Shown in pieces: positions 12,700 to 24,382 of a stretch of 64,000 nt of DNA. Positions within the stretch are counted from its first letter, which is position 1. Each line of letters begins with the position of its first letter. The stretch comes from Epiperipatus broadwayi. Its lineage: Eukaryota; Animalia; Onychophora. The notes beneath the pieces are model-generated. The model worked only from the letters and a program-made list of their open reading frames with translations. It did not search any database and was not told the DNA's origin. The position numbers and the translations under genes were made by a program. The DNA lies in NCBI GenBank assembly GCA_028023455.1, contig JAQFVV010000010.1, forward strand, positions 15,686,001 to 15,750,000, given 5' to 3'.

Positions 12700-13972
12700 G
12701 ATAGATTCATATCATCATCATCGTCAACCATTATCAATCGATTGCATGATGAAGGTCTCTCCAAGTTCAATCTATCTTCTCCGATCTTTAGTTTCTCTTC
12801 TCCACATCACCCCTGCACATTTTCTTATTTCATCCATCCATCTCACATGTGGTCTCTTTCTGGGTCTTTTACAATCTCTTGGAATCCAGTTTAAGATTTT
12901 AATTGTCCATGTATTATCATCTCTTCTAGCAATATGTCCAACCCAACTCCACTTCAGTCTTTTAATTTTTTCAATGATGTCAGTAATACCTGTTTGTTTT
13001 CTTACCCATATATTGCATTTTCAATCTCTTCTTGTTACTCCCAACATGCATCTCTCCATACTTCTTTGAGTGGTCTGAAGTCTCTGTATTGCTCTTCTAT
13101 TAAGTGTCCAAGTCTTATCCATAAATAAGAACTGGTAAAACACATTTATTAAAAACCTTCCTTTTCAAACACATAGGCATATTTTCTTTTAGTACCAGGT
13201 TATTTCTACCAAAAGCACTCCAACCAAATCTAATTCTATGATTAATTTCATCCATTATGTTTCCATCTGTATTAATAATCTGATCAAGGTATCTGTAACA
13301 GTTAACTTCTTCTAACTCACCATAATCAATCTTTATTTTCATATGTTGAGAAAATCCATTAAACATTACACTTTACTCTTTTTAACATTTATCTTTAGTC
13401 TTACTTTCATCTGATAACTCCTGCACCATTTTCTGCAGCTCTAAAGCATTATTTGCAAAAACAATTACATCATATGCAAAATCTAAATGACTTAAATAAT
13501 CTCCATTTACTTTCACTCCTTTAGCTTCCCATTTTAATCCATAAAATATTTCTTGCAGCACTGCTGTAAAAAATTTGGGAGATAATGGAGTCTTATATCC
13601 TTCTCAATGTTGACTTTACCAGTATCATTATGTAATCTACTGGTTACTGTTGCATTTTTATAAATATTCTTTAAAATAAGACAATATCCTGGATCTATAT
13701 CTTGATGATCCAATGCTTTAATCACTGAAGAAATGTTTATAGAATCAAATGCCTTTTCATAATCTACAAATCCAAAGCATAATGGCAACTCATATTCATT
13801 TGTCCTTTCTATAACTTCTCTCAATACTTGGATATGATCTACTGTACTAAACCCACTTTTAAATCCAGCTTGTTCTCTTGGTTGGTGGAAATCCAATGTT
13901 CTCTGTAGATGAGTTGTAATTATCTTGGTAAAAAATTTGTATAAAACTGATAAAAGGCTGATAGATTCATAT
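12700..13972 (-). mobile_element. 5'-truncated RTE-clade LINE with (GAT)n tail and 13-bp TSD
   Basis: RT 'ISLLSVLYK', 'EQAGFKSG', 'FVDYEKAFDSI' (13534-13986); TSD gatagattcatat at 12700-12712 and 13960-13972; closely similar to the 54.5-56.7 kb copy. Confidence 0.93.
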
Positions 13973-14553
13973 ATATATATACACATACTGTGAAGGTAGC
14001 TTCAAAATCGCTACCACAACAAACCATAGCCATCTAAAGATTAAATAAAAATAAATTGTTGCTAGAACACTTTGGAGAAAATAAAGGTTTTAATATTATT
14101 TTTATCAGTATATATAAAATAAAGATTTTAATATTATTTTTATCAGTATAATAATTACATACTAAGTACTGGGAATGATGGGGAGGTAAGAAACACACAT
14201 ACATATTAGTGATAAAAAAGAAATCATATTAATTTATATATATATATGTTGATCGTTGTATTGTGTTGATTAAATTGACAATGACTTACATAAAAACAAT
14301 AATTATAATAATAGAAAATAAATCAATATCTGAATATAAGAAGGATAATAATATAATATTGTAAATTTATTTTATAATTTATTTTTAAAAAAAAATATTT
14401 TAAAAGATGCAATGCTGGAATGCTGGTTTAAACAATAGAAATAACGCTGGTATAAAAAGGAAACAATTAAAAATCTATTTTTATTCTTGTTCTGCATTTG
14501 ATCTTAAAAGTCAAGTTTTATTAGAACTATTATTTTAATATTTTTTCTGCAAA

Positions 14554-15920
14554 ATGGACATTTCTTTTCAAAGTAGCGGCTCAACAAATATCAATGTTTT
14601 CCTAGTTAATTCACCACTCGGAAGAGGAGTAAAGAGGGTGAATTAGAACATTCTTATTCTAATTTATTAAGCAGATAAGTTAAAATAATTTATCAATTTA
14701 AATTTTAAAAAAAAAGAAAGTATTATGATTTTTGTTTAAAAGAAACTAAAAAAAAAGAAATCAGAACAGTTGATATAATTTAAAGTTTTTATAGCCAATA
14801 TTACAAGCAATAGATAGCTGTACTTTATAAATATATTCTTATTAAATGCAAACCGCATGTATATTTATATAAAACTATATATATAATTAGAATATGAGAT
14901 ACATTGGCTAGAAGGCTTAATTGTCGTTGGGGTGGAGCATTTTCTTTTATCCACTATGGCCATATGAGTATTAATATTTAACTGTCTACAATTTAAGTGC
15001 CTGAGAAGTTGGATCTACATGAGGAGTAACATAAAACTTTCTACTGCCAACTTAAATATATTCAGGATGTGTTATATAAAATTAATCAGGAGTTCTTCAA
15101 CATCTCAAATAAAAAATGCATAAACCGTAAGAATTTTGTGTAAAGAGGACTCTGAAAAATAATTATGCTTTAACATACCGGTTCATAAAAGATTGTGAAA
15201 TTATATTTTATTTTCTGTTGTATAAATCTGTATTTTCATTTTTATTTATTATCTCGATCTTATATTTGGGGTTCAACAGGGAACAGTTCAACATAAGAAA
15301 ATATCAAGAGAGTAGGGGAGGGGGAAGATTGAAAAGTCTATTTTCTTTTGTTTTTAATAAAATCTACGTGATTTATTTTCTACCAAGAGATTTGGTTCTC
15401 AACTATGCACATAAAATTAAGTACTCCAAGAAAATACTTAAACGGTGAGTTTTCTTTTTTTAAAGCCCTGATATAAACAATGTTACAACATGACATGACT
15501 TATTTATAGATTATGGTATATTTGTTACTAATAGTATTCTTAAGATATAATGAGTAAATGATTAACACTTTTAAAATAGTATTCTTTATAATTTTCTTTT
15601 CTATCATATTCTGTGTTGTTTTATTATTATACTTCTTCCACACTAGATATTGCATACTATATCTGAGGTTGCCTTTAAATTTACATTAAGTTAGCAACCT
15701 CACTTTTAATTAATAATTTTTTTTTTATTATCATGGATATATTATAACGTTTTCCGTTTTGTTAGGCCTCTACACGCTAATATAAACTGCGTGTGAGTTG
15801 ATCAAGCTATGTCAAAAAAGAAGAAAGTTATATTTCTATTCTAAAAACATAGCTATATTTCCTGATCAACTTGGCCTATTAATTGTTGAGAATTGTGCTA
15901 TTGACGAAATCAGCTTTTAA
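14554..15920 (+). CDS. Speculative nested 4-exon small gene (89 aa) antisense within ADCK1 intron 3
   Basis: Exons 14554-14637, 15066-15126, 15388-15444, 15853-15920, all GT-AG and phase-compatible; no recognisable homology; hand-assembled. Confidence 0.25.
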
Positions 15921-18115
15921 TTTATTTAACCTGGGTGCCAGAATTCCTAAGAATTCGCTGAAATCGCCATATAACATCTCACAAAAAAAAAAAAATACTT
16001 TTAAGCTAATCGGTATTACATCATACCGTAACGAGAATTATTTTTTTAAGATTATTATTCCTGGGCTTATTCAAACATATTGGCAAAGGTAAATTCGTTT
16101 TAAATCTTATTAAACTAATAATAAATTTAATACTAAAAAAATAATAACTTTATTATTAATAATGCACAATGAAAAAGATTGATAAAAGTAAAATCTCTTT
16201 TATTCTAACAAACGGAAATATTTAACGTTAAATTGTTAATTAAACTGGTGAGAACACACACTAATTCGGATATAAATCAATTAATAAAAAAAGCAGTTTC
16301 ACAATTACAGTTCACTTCCAAATTTCTTCTAGAAAGTTCCTAAAATGAATGTCCCTTGCACAAGAAAATTAATGTCTCTATCGGGATTGTTTAAGCATAT
16401 TTTTAAAAATTGTTTGCAAACGTTTAATTTTGTCACAATCGGGAATAATGAATCATAGCTTACAGGTAAGTTTTGTGAATTCATGAAGATTGTAGCTTAC
16501 TATGCATAGTTTTTTGGGTTAGAATTGAGCTCGGCCTTTGATTATTAGTTGATCTTGTAGTCTGTTCCGAAAGCTAGTCGCAGAGGCTTTTCTAGTATCC
16601 ATCTTCTTAATGATGTCAGCTAAAGCCCCGGTCTACTCCCACATGAAGGATTATTTCATCGTGAAGTGGTCTTGGATTTAATAATCCAAAACCAGCCAAA
16701 GGAAAAACAGAAAAACAAGACGTTCTTCAAACTGATCTCTGCCTTTTATACTCTCTAGAGGCCCAGTTTTCCAACTTCTGCGCATATCTTTTGTTTGTCA
16801 AAATATCCGTTGATAATCTTATATATTCTTTACAAAATTTATGTTACAAAGTCTCTATTTTTTTTCAGCATAATTCTGCCATCTTTAATTAGTTGAAATA
16901 TTTTTACTTTCTCTTATCTAGATTGGTAATTTGTGTATTTTGTTCTCTCCAATTCTAATTTCTATTTCTAATTACATAAAAAAAAACGAAAGAATAATTT
17001 AACTTTCATTGTACGTTATTTTTTTTAAAAAAAAATTAGTCAAAAAAAATAATCTAAATTTACTTTTATTTTTTAACTTTTACCAAATGCCAATATATTT
17101 GCAACGTATATAAATAAACGTTACAATATAGATGTCTATATTATGGGTGTCTATCATGGGAAATAAGGGTGATTAGTTTTAAATTGTTTAAGTAAAGAAA
17201 TGATAGATACTCATCATAGACATAAAAACTGTAAGTACATAGGGATATATCCAAGTAATTTATGGGCATTTGTAAATATTTTTCTTTATTGAAATTTTTC
17301 TTTTCTAAATTGATTGAGAATTTATTTTATGTTTAAATATATCTTATTTGTTTGTAAATAAATATTATGAAGTTTTGTTAATTGACAAGATCTCTGTAGC
17401 TTTGTTGATCCAACATTTACATTAAATCCAACATTTACATTTCATCCCACATGCACACATTCACATTAGTGTTTGAAAAGTATGGGAGAAGATGTTGAAT
17501 ACAGGTTATTTCTTTCTAATAAATAGGATGTATTATTTTAGTTGTTGATTAACAGTTTGCATAGACACATACCTGTTAAGAGAGTCGAATGCGAATTCTT
17601 GCAGAGTTTGAATATCTGAGGCAACAGTTTTGGAAAGATGTGAGATGAACTGATTTGAATTACATGTGGCTTTGATGGATAATGCTTAGGCTAGTCTATG
17701 GAAGATGTATGTAATCATGAGTCAGGTATTTCATCGTGTTATCTCTAGCATCCTACATGAAGACCCTAGGTCCGACAGTAGTTAGATGCAAGCTTGCTCT
17801 CTTTCTCCTATATATGTGAATGGACCGGACTATTGCATTTGGCATTATCAACTTTAGGATGTGAAAGATAGGTGTACTAGCACTTTTAGATTGGATGTAA
17901 GTTGATTATATGTTGTGGATGAACCAGCTGATTGATGAAGTTGATATGTGTGTTCAAATGTATTTGCAGACTGGCACACCTGGGTATATTCGACCATACC
18001 ATTATAATACATATATATATCCATGGATCTATATTTTTACAATATTACCTAAATCAAACATTTCAATTCTTCTTTTTTTTTTTAAAATATATAAAACTAA
18101 TTTATTCTTTTATAC

Positions 18116-18886
18116 ATAAATGATACATTGTGTTTTCCTGAAGATTTGTGATGATGGTGTTTTAGTTGTATTTATATATTGGACTATTTAATATCAGTAG
18201 TGTTGACTTTAGAAAAATTTAAATTTATTTAAATATTCCAAATACATTCAATTGTTAGTAATATAACACAGTTTAGTATATGCACAACATTTTGAGAGGT
18301 ATTATTCTCCCTCTTCTTGTGCTGCTGGCCTGACCAGGGACAGTACTAGTATGGGAATCAAACCTGGACCCTTAGATTCTTCAGTATTAAATTTTAAGGT
18401 AACACTCTAACCAATTGAGCCACCCTGCCAAAGGCAACATTTCATACACAATGGCAAACAATCCCATAAGTCAACCTAGCATCACTATACATAATGTATG
18501 GAAACCACTAATCAACTTTGCTCTTAGCAAAAAGTGAAAAAATCGGGAGGAACCTCATGCATAAGCATATGAAATTTCTATTGACTGTTGTCTTTGGCAG
18601 GATGGTTCAGTTGGTTGGAGCATTACTTTAAAATTCAATACCCAAGAATCTAAGGGTCCCGGTTTGATTCCCGTACTAGTACTGTCACTGGTCAGGCCAA
18701 CAGCACCTGAAGAAGAGGGGAGAATAATACCTCTCGAAATGCTGTGCATATACTAATCTGTGTGCTATTACTAATAGCTGAATGTATTTGGAATACTTAA
18801 GTAAAGTTAAATTTTTCTAAAGAGATCCAATACTCATATTAGATGATAGAAGTAGTCCAATATATAAATACAAATAAATGATACAT
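18116..18886. mobile_element. Head-to-head inverted pair of a tRNA-headed element with a hammerhead-like core, 13-bp TSD
   Basis: Arms ~18166-18440 and ~18570-18872; A box TGGTTCAGTTGG 18603-18614, B box GGTTTGATTCC 18661-18671, CTGAAGA 18707, GAAA 18736; direct repeat ataaatgatacat at 18116-18128 and 18874-18886. Confidence 0.8.
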
Positions 18887-20814
18887 GGATCTAGATATAA
18901 TACATATATTCATATAAAATTATTTCAATCATTAATTTTAATTATGGCCAACTTGTCTTCATAAGATATAAATAATTCTTTTAAAAATTTGGATTTTATT
19001 TACTATTAATAGTAAAAAAGAATATCCTGAATCAGAAAATAAAATTTGATTATTACTAGTCAGCCAATAGACAAAATAAAATCCCTTGTTTTTTGACTAA
19101 TATCTTTAAAAAAAAAAATTCTATTTAACTCAATTCTTTCTTCTGGATATTTGGAAAAAAAGATTAGTTGCAAACTTTTTCCATTAGTTGGATGGCATTA
19201 ATTAATATATTCAAAATCATTTATTAGACTTGATATAAGAGAAATTATTTTTCTTTTGAGCAATAAAAGAAATAGATTTTTCATAATTTTTTTAAGCATT
19301 AGATTTAATATTTTAAAACAACACATCCAGTATATATATATATATACACACACAAATACTTTTCTCAACAGCAAACTACCTTTTATTCATGCTTCCAAAT
19401 ATAAATAAAGATAGGTTTCATATGCAGATATAGATTCTTCTTTATTAGAATTAATATTTCAAATAAGAACACTGTATATATATATATTAATGCAATTTTT
19501 TTTATCAATAGAAAGTTTCTTTCAACTATGCTTTAAGTATTGTTGGAATTTTTCTGTCATCAGATTGTTTTCTCCATATATTTATAATATATGTAACAGA
19601 TCTCATTAATAAATTACATATACAAGTAGGCCAGCTTTACATATAAGTTGTTTGTTTGACATATTCTGATTCACAGATAGACAAAGTAATTATGACAGTT
19701 CACAACTCAGATTCAGCTTCTATCTGAACTTCATATACAGTAAGTGGTCATTGCACATGCATAGGCTATGGGTCAACAACAGAGAACCCCATTCTATATA
19801 TATCTTGATCAGCATGGAGTCAGCTTACAGTGATATCAGTATTTATAATGTAAATTAAGGAATATATATATAGATTGACAAGCATCAGGATTAAAATAAC
19901 GTACATATTTTTCCTTAATTAATAAAAACAAGATTATAACTGTAATACAAACAGTTCATTATTTTACATACATTAAAATTAAATAGATTCAAAACTAATT
20001 TCTTAATTAAATTTTTTTCTTAATCTTCTCTAAGTATAAACATATAGAAAACAAATTTTATAATTACATGTCCATTAAAATATACTAAAAATTTAGATTT
20101 TTTTGTGAAGATCAGAAAATTAAAAAAAATTATTTATATCAGATACAGATCTTTTTATTTAATTTTAAATAATTTATTTCAAATATCAAAAAATATTACT
20201 CAATTAATATTCAAGTCATTCTAAACTTTATTTTAAATACTTATATATGTAACTTCTATGTTCATTTCTTCTTTTCCTTTACATGCACACACTATTAAGG
20301 TTACTCAACTACTCTGCTGTGAGTTTTGAGACAATATGTCTCATCATATAAACGTATACAAAAATAGCTGCAAGTTTAGTATGGAATTTATTAACATTAA
20401 TAATAAAAAATATAAAATATTTGTTTCCATATTATAGCATTTTCAAATTTCTATTGAAATGATAAAAAACATTAGGTATAAATTTAAAAATTCAGAAAAA
20501 ATCTAGTTCTTATGCTATAATTGTAAAAAAAAAAAGCCTTTTGAAAAGAAATTTATACAATTGGGACATAGCGTAAACAATAATGTAAAACACAACTAGA
20601 CACTGAATATCAAAGCCTTGTTTGATCGATGAAGACCAAATGCATCTTCAATAAAATAAAATAAAACCTTACCTTTTTTTTTTCACAAATAAATATTAAA
20701 AACAAGTAGTATTGGATAATAATATTTGAGATCAGATTCAAAGAACAAATGCACTGCCTAAAATAATTAATATGATTATGCCAAAGGGGGAAAAAGCAAC
20801 AAAAAAAAAATTAC

Positions 20815-21592
20815 ATGATTCAATGTTATTATAATTATGCACTCTTTTGCATATGTTAGTGAAGCTGTAGTTATTTAATATTTAAGATTTTATAAATTTA
20901 GCGCTTTCGGGATGTAACTTTGGATCACATACTCATAGCTTTAAAAAATGATAACTCCGTTGTAAGTTGTTATTCATTTATGCAAATGTGTTTGAATATT
21001 TAACTAGCCCATTGTTTGGAGAGAGCAAAGAAAGCTTCTCTTCTGTTAATGGCGTTGAGATCATTTGCAATACAATAAGACTCTTTAATCTTTCTTTTGG
21101 CATCGTTCTTCTCTATGCAAACAATTTTGGCAATAGTAGGTTCAAATGAGTGATGCTCCCAGAATATCGATGTTGTTTTGCTTTTGTTTTTTGATGTGTT
21201 GTATATGTATTTATGCTGGTAAATTCTTGTGTTGATGTTAGCACGAGTTTCACCATAGTAGGTGGCATTACAAACACTTTGTGGGCATGTCATTTTATAA
21301 AACACATAAGGAGTTTGATCCTTTTCTATTTTGTCCTTGGCATTATTTATTAGTCGGTTAATGGGCTAGTTAAATATTCAAACACATTTGCATAAATGAA
21401 TAACAACTTACAACGGAGTTATCATTTTTTACAGCTATAAGTATGGGATCAAAAGTTACAAACCGAAAGCGCTAAGTTTATAAAATCTTAAATATTAAAT
21501 AACTACAGCTTCACTAACATATGCGAAAGAGTGCATAATTATAATTACAATTTTAATAGTGAAGAAAAAAGATTTACCTATGATTCAATGTT
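20815..21592 (-). mobile_element. 5'-truncated Penelope-like element: GIY-YIG C-terminus with inverted pseudo-LTRs, 13-bp TSD
   Basis: ORF 21000-21305 'FYKMTCPQSVCNATYYGET...TRIYQH...KIKESYCI'; inverted repeats 20828-21013 and 21360-21547; TSD atgattcaatgtt at 20815-20827 and 21580-21592. Confidence 0.9.
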
Positions 21593-21694
21593 GTAAAAAA
21601 TGGCTTCACATATATATATATATATTTTTAATGTGATTTAGTTATAAATATGAATTGGGAGGAGGTGTGGAAATATAATACAATTAAATTAAAT

Positions 21695-21870
21695 ATACCT
21701 GGGTCTCGTTTTACGCGATAGATAGGTTCCTCAGAAAACATGCGCAAACGAAATTGTGCAAAAATAAACGTAACTTACATTGAAAAAAGGGGGATGTGGT
21801 CTGTGATCTTTCAAAATTTGCGTAACGGCAAAGCACCAACGTAAATTTACTTTAAAATTCGCGCAAAAAA
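21695..21870 (+). mobile_element. Probable terminus of a Tc1/mariner (pogo-like) non-autonomous DNA transposon
   Basis: TA-preceded, CpG-rich 'gggtctcgttttacgcgatagataggttcc', resembling pogo/Tigger-type ends; the second terminus was not found. Confidence 0.35.
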
Positions 21871-22592
21871 AAAATAAGGAAATAAAATATGACTAATAAA
21901 AAATTTCAAATTTGAAAAAAATTGATACAAAACAAACTTTTTTTAACTATAATATTTAATTTTATTCAAAATAATATACTTTTATGCATAATTTACACTA
22001 TAGTAATTTACATTTTTTTTATACACGTTTTAATTATTATAGCTATTTGCCGAAAAACACGTTCATTTGCAAACAACTAGCGCCAACTTCACACTCATGT
22101 TGTGACAGTGTTTTTCTGGTGACAACGTAATTAGTAATTAATCTTTAGGCGATGATTCTATTAATTGTTTATGAAACTAACAACTAAAAATTAAATTCTT
22201 ATTTTTGTCTTTAATTTTCAATTCGGTTTAAAAATCAAATTTCACATCACATTATTTCAAGTCGCCGTAAGTAATTTTTAAATTGTTAATTACAATTAAA
22301 AATCAGATTTTAATTTTTAATTGTCAAATTTAATTGTGCCCACTGCTATTACTGACCTTTTAAAAATAAACTTGTGGACACTAAATGATTAATAATTGAT
22401 TACGTTCTTTTTTAAAAAGCAAAAACAGAATGTGATTTAAAATGCAAAATTAACACGCACAATGTTTGAACAAATTTACATTATAATCTTGTGAAATTTA
22501 ATGTGTGTATACATAAAATGTGGAAATCATGATTTTAATTTCATTATTGCATAAAATCTTACTATTATAAAGCACTGAAAATATTGAAATTA

Positions 22593-23430
22593 CTACTCCA
22601 CACTCCAACTGTCCACCCAATTGAAAATCTGATGATAGAACGCTCAAAGGCCACCCTGAGGCCGAGATTCTTGTCATCCATGTTGACTTAAGGTCAATCT
22701 GACCCCTCATGTACAGGACATAATTGAAGCCTGTCCATTAAAGTATGAAGATTGGCTATCTTAATATATATCTGAGCACTTATGGCATATAAGTGTAGAG
22801 ATGGTAATCTGGACCAACTGATGATTGCTGGTTTAGCATGAAATACATATATTGGTGATTATTTATCTTTTTGACATATATGTGTTCAAGTGTATCAGTG
22901 TTATGAGATAGAGTGGAGAGTAGTGGGTAGTGTGAAAGTCGGTGCTCATATACCCTATATATTACATATATAGACACAGGTATATAATAAGCCTGTGTTT
23001 CAGTTATTACATAGTAGAGATGTCTGCCCATCCCTTGTATATGTATTAAAATGGATTATGTCCTGTACATGAGGGGTCAGATTGACCTTAGGTCAACATG
23101 GGTGTGACAAAAATCTCGGCCTCAGGGTGGCCTTTGAGCGTTCCATCATCAGATTTTCAATTGGGTGGACGGTTGAAGAGTTGGAGTATGGAGTAGATTG
23201 AAGCCTGTCCATTAAAGTATGATGATTGGCTATCTTAATATATATCTGAGCACTTATGGCATATATGTGTAGAGATGGTAATCTGAACCAACTGATGATT
23301 GCTGGTTTAGCATGAAATACGTGTATTGGTGATTATTTTTGACATATATGTGTTTAAGTGAATCAGTGTTATGAGATAGAGTGGAGAGTAGTGGGTGGTG
23401 TGAAAGTCTGTGCTCATATACCCTATATAT
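22593..23430 (+). mobile_element. Retrozyme/pLTR-like element: 474-bp unit bounded by two hammerheads, plus inverted 5' segment
   Basis: Direct repeats from 22723 and 23197; CTGATGA at 22818 and 23292; predicted cleavage after 22851 and 23325; 22593-22724 is the reverse complement of 23055-23196. Confidence 0.8.
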
Positions 23431-24178
23431 AACAATTATGCAGATAAAAATTAAAACAATCAATTAATAAAAAATGAAAAACTTACCATGTATATTTAAA
23501 ATTTAAATCTTATGAATCATACATTTAATTTAAAATACTAAACATGTTTTCTAACAATCAAGCAAAATAAACTTAATCTTCAATTTTTTATTTAAAAAAA
23601 TATTCTAAATAAAACATCAGTAAAAACTGAATAGTATTTGAGTATTTCTTTTATGGAGCATGTCAAATAAACTACTTTTGATTGATTTTAATATAAAATT
23701 ATTATTAAACATTCAAAATCAATTAATTACAATTTTTAATTGTCTTTAAAAAGATTATATTTTAATAATGATAGACAACTCCTTAAATGACATGCAAAAA
23801 TTTCCATAATTTTCTGCTGTCCTCCTCTGTAAATAATTTTTAGATGAGTATTTTGAATTACTATTTCTATCTGGAGGAATTTTTTCACTTGAAGCTATAG
23901 TAAACATCTGTACTTTTAAGTTAACAAATTTGCATTGAACTTCAAGTGAAGCTTCAAAAGAGGCCATTTTGTACTCGTAATGAGAACACTAAATTATCAA
24001 TAAATCCAAGCTTTAAAACGCTAGGCTTGATAAACAATTTAAATAATAAATAATTTTATATGATTTAGATTTGAGTTAAAGATTTTAACAGTCACACTGG
24101 AAAAATATTTACAGTGGTTAAGTCATATATATTGAATGATGTATTGATATTATTATAAAACAAATTATTAAGTCTTAC

Positions 24179-24382
24179 ATTTTTACCAAGATCCTCTTTG
24201 ATTACTGTTAAAATATCTTCCAGTTTTGAAACAGGAGCATTGCTGTGAAAAACTTTCATAGTTGTAACATATTCTGAAGGAAGAAGATACTCAAGTGCTC
24301 CTATGTGTTGACCAACTTTGATGAAAGCTCCTCCGTTAGCACAACATAAATTATATAATCGTTGAGCAGAGCGTTGATGGAC
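24179..24382 (-). CDS. ADCK1: ADCK1 coding exon 3
   Basis: tttttag|...|gtaaga, 204 nt, phase 0/0; VHQRSAQRLYNLCCANGGAFIKVGQHIGALEYLLPSEYVTTMKVFHSNAPVSKLEDILTVIKEDLGKN contains the ABC1 'FIKVGQ' motif. Confidence 0.96.

Noticed and set aside
18596-18680. Functional tRNA gene (also 5470-5550 and 40225-40310)
   Set aside because: Acceptor and anticodon stems do not pair properly; multicopy, with SINE-like tails or TSDs.
22625-22680. CTGATGA in the inverted segment (also 23145-23152 on the minus strand)
   Set aside because: No GAAA (only GAGA) and no stem I partner; not counted as a ribozyme.
23755-23967. 70-aa ORF just downstream of ADCK1 exon 3 (also 25301-25501 and 1899-2135)
   Set aside because: No homology or convincing splice context; this length is expected by chance.
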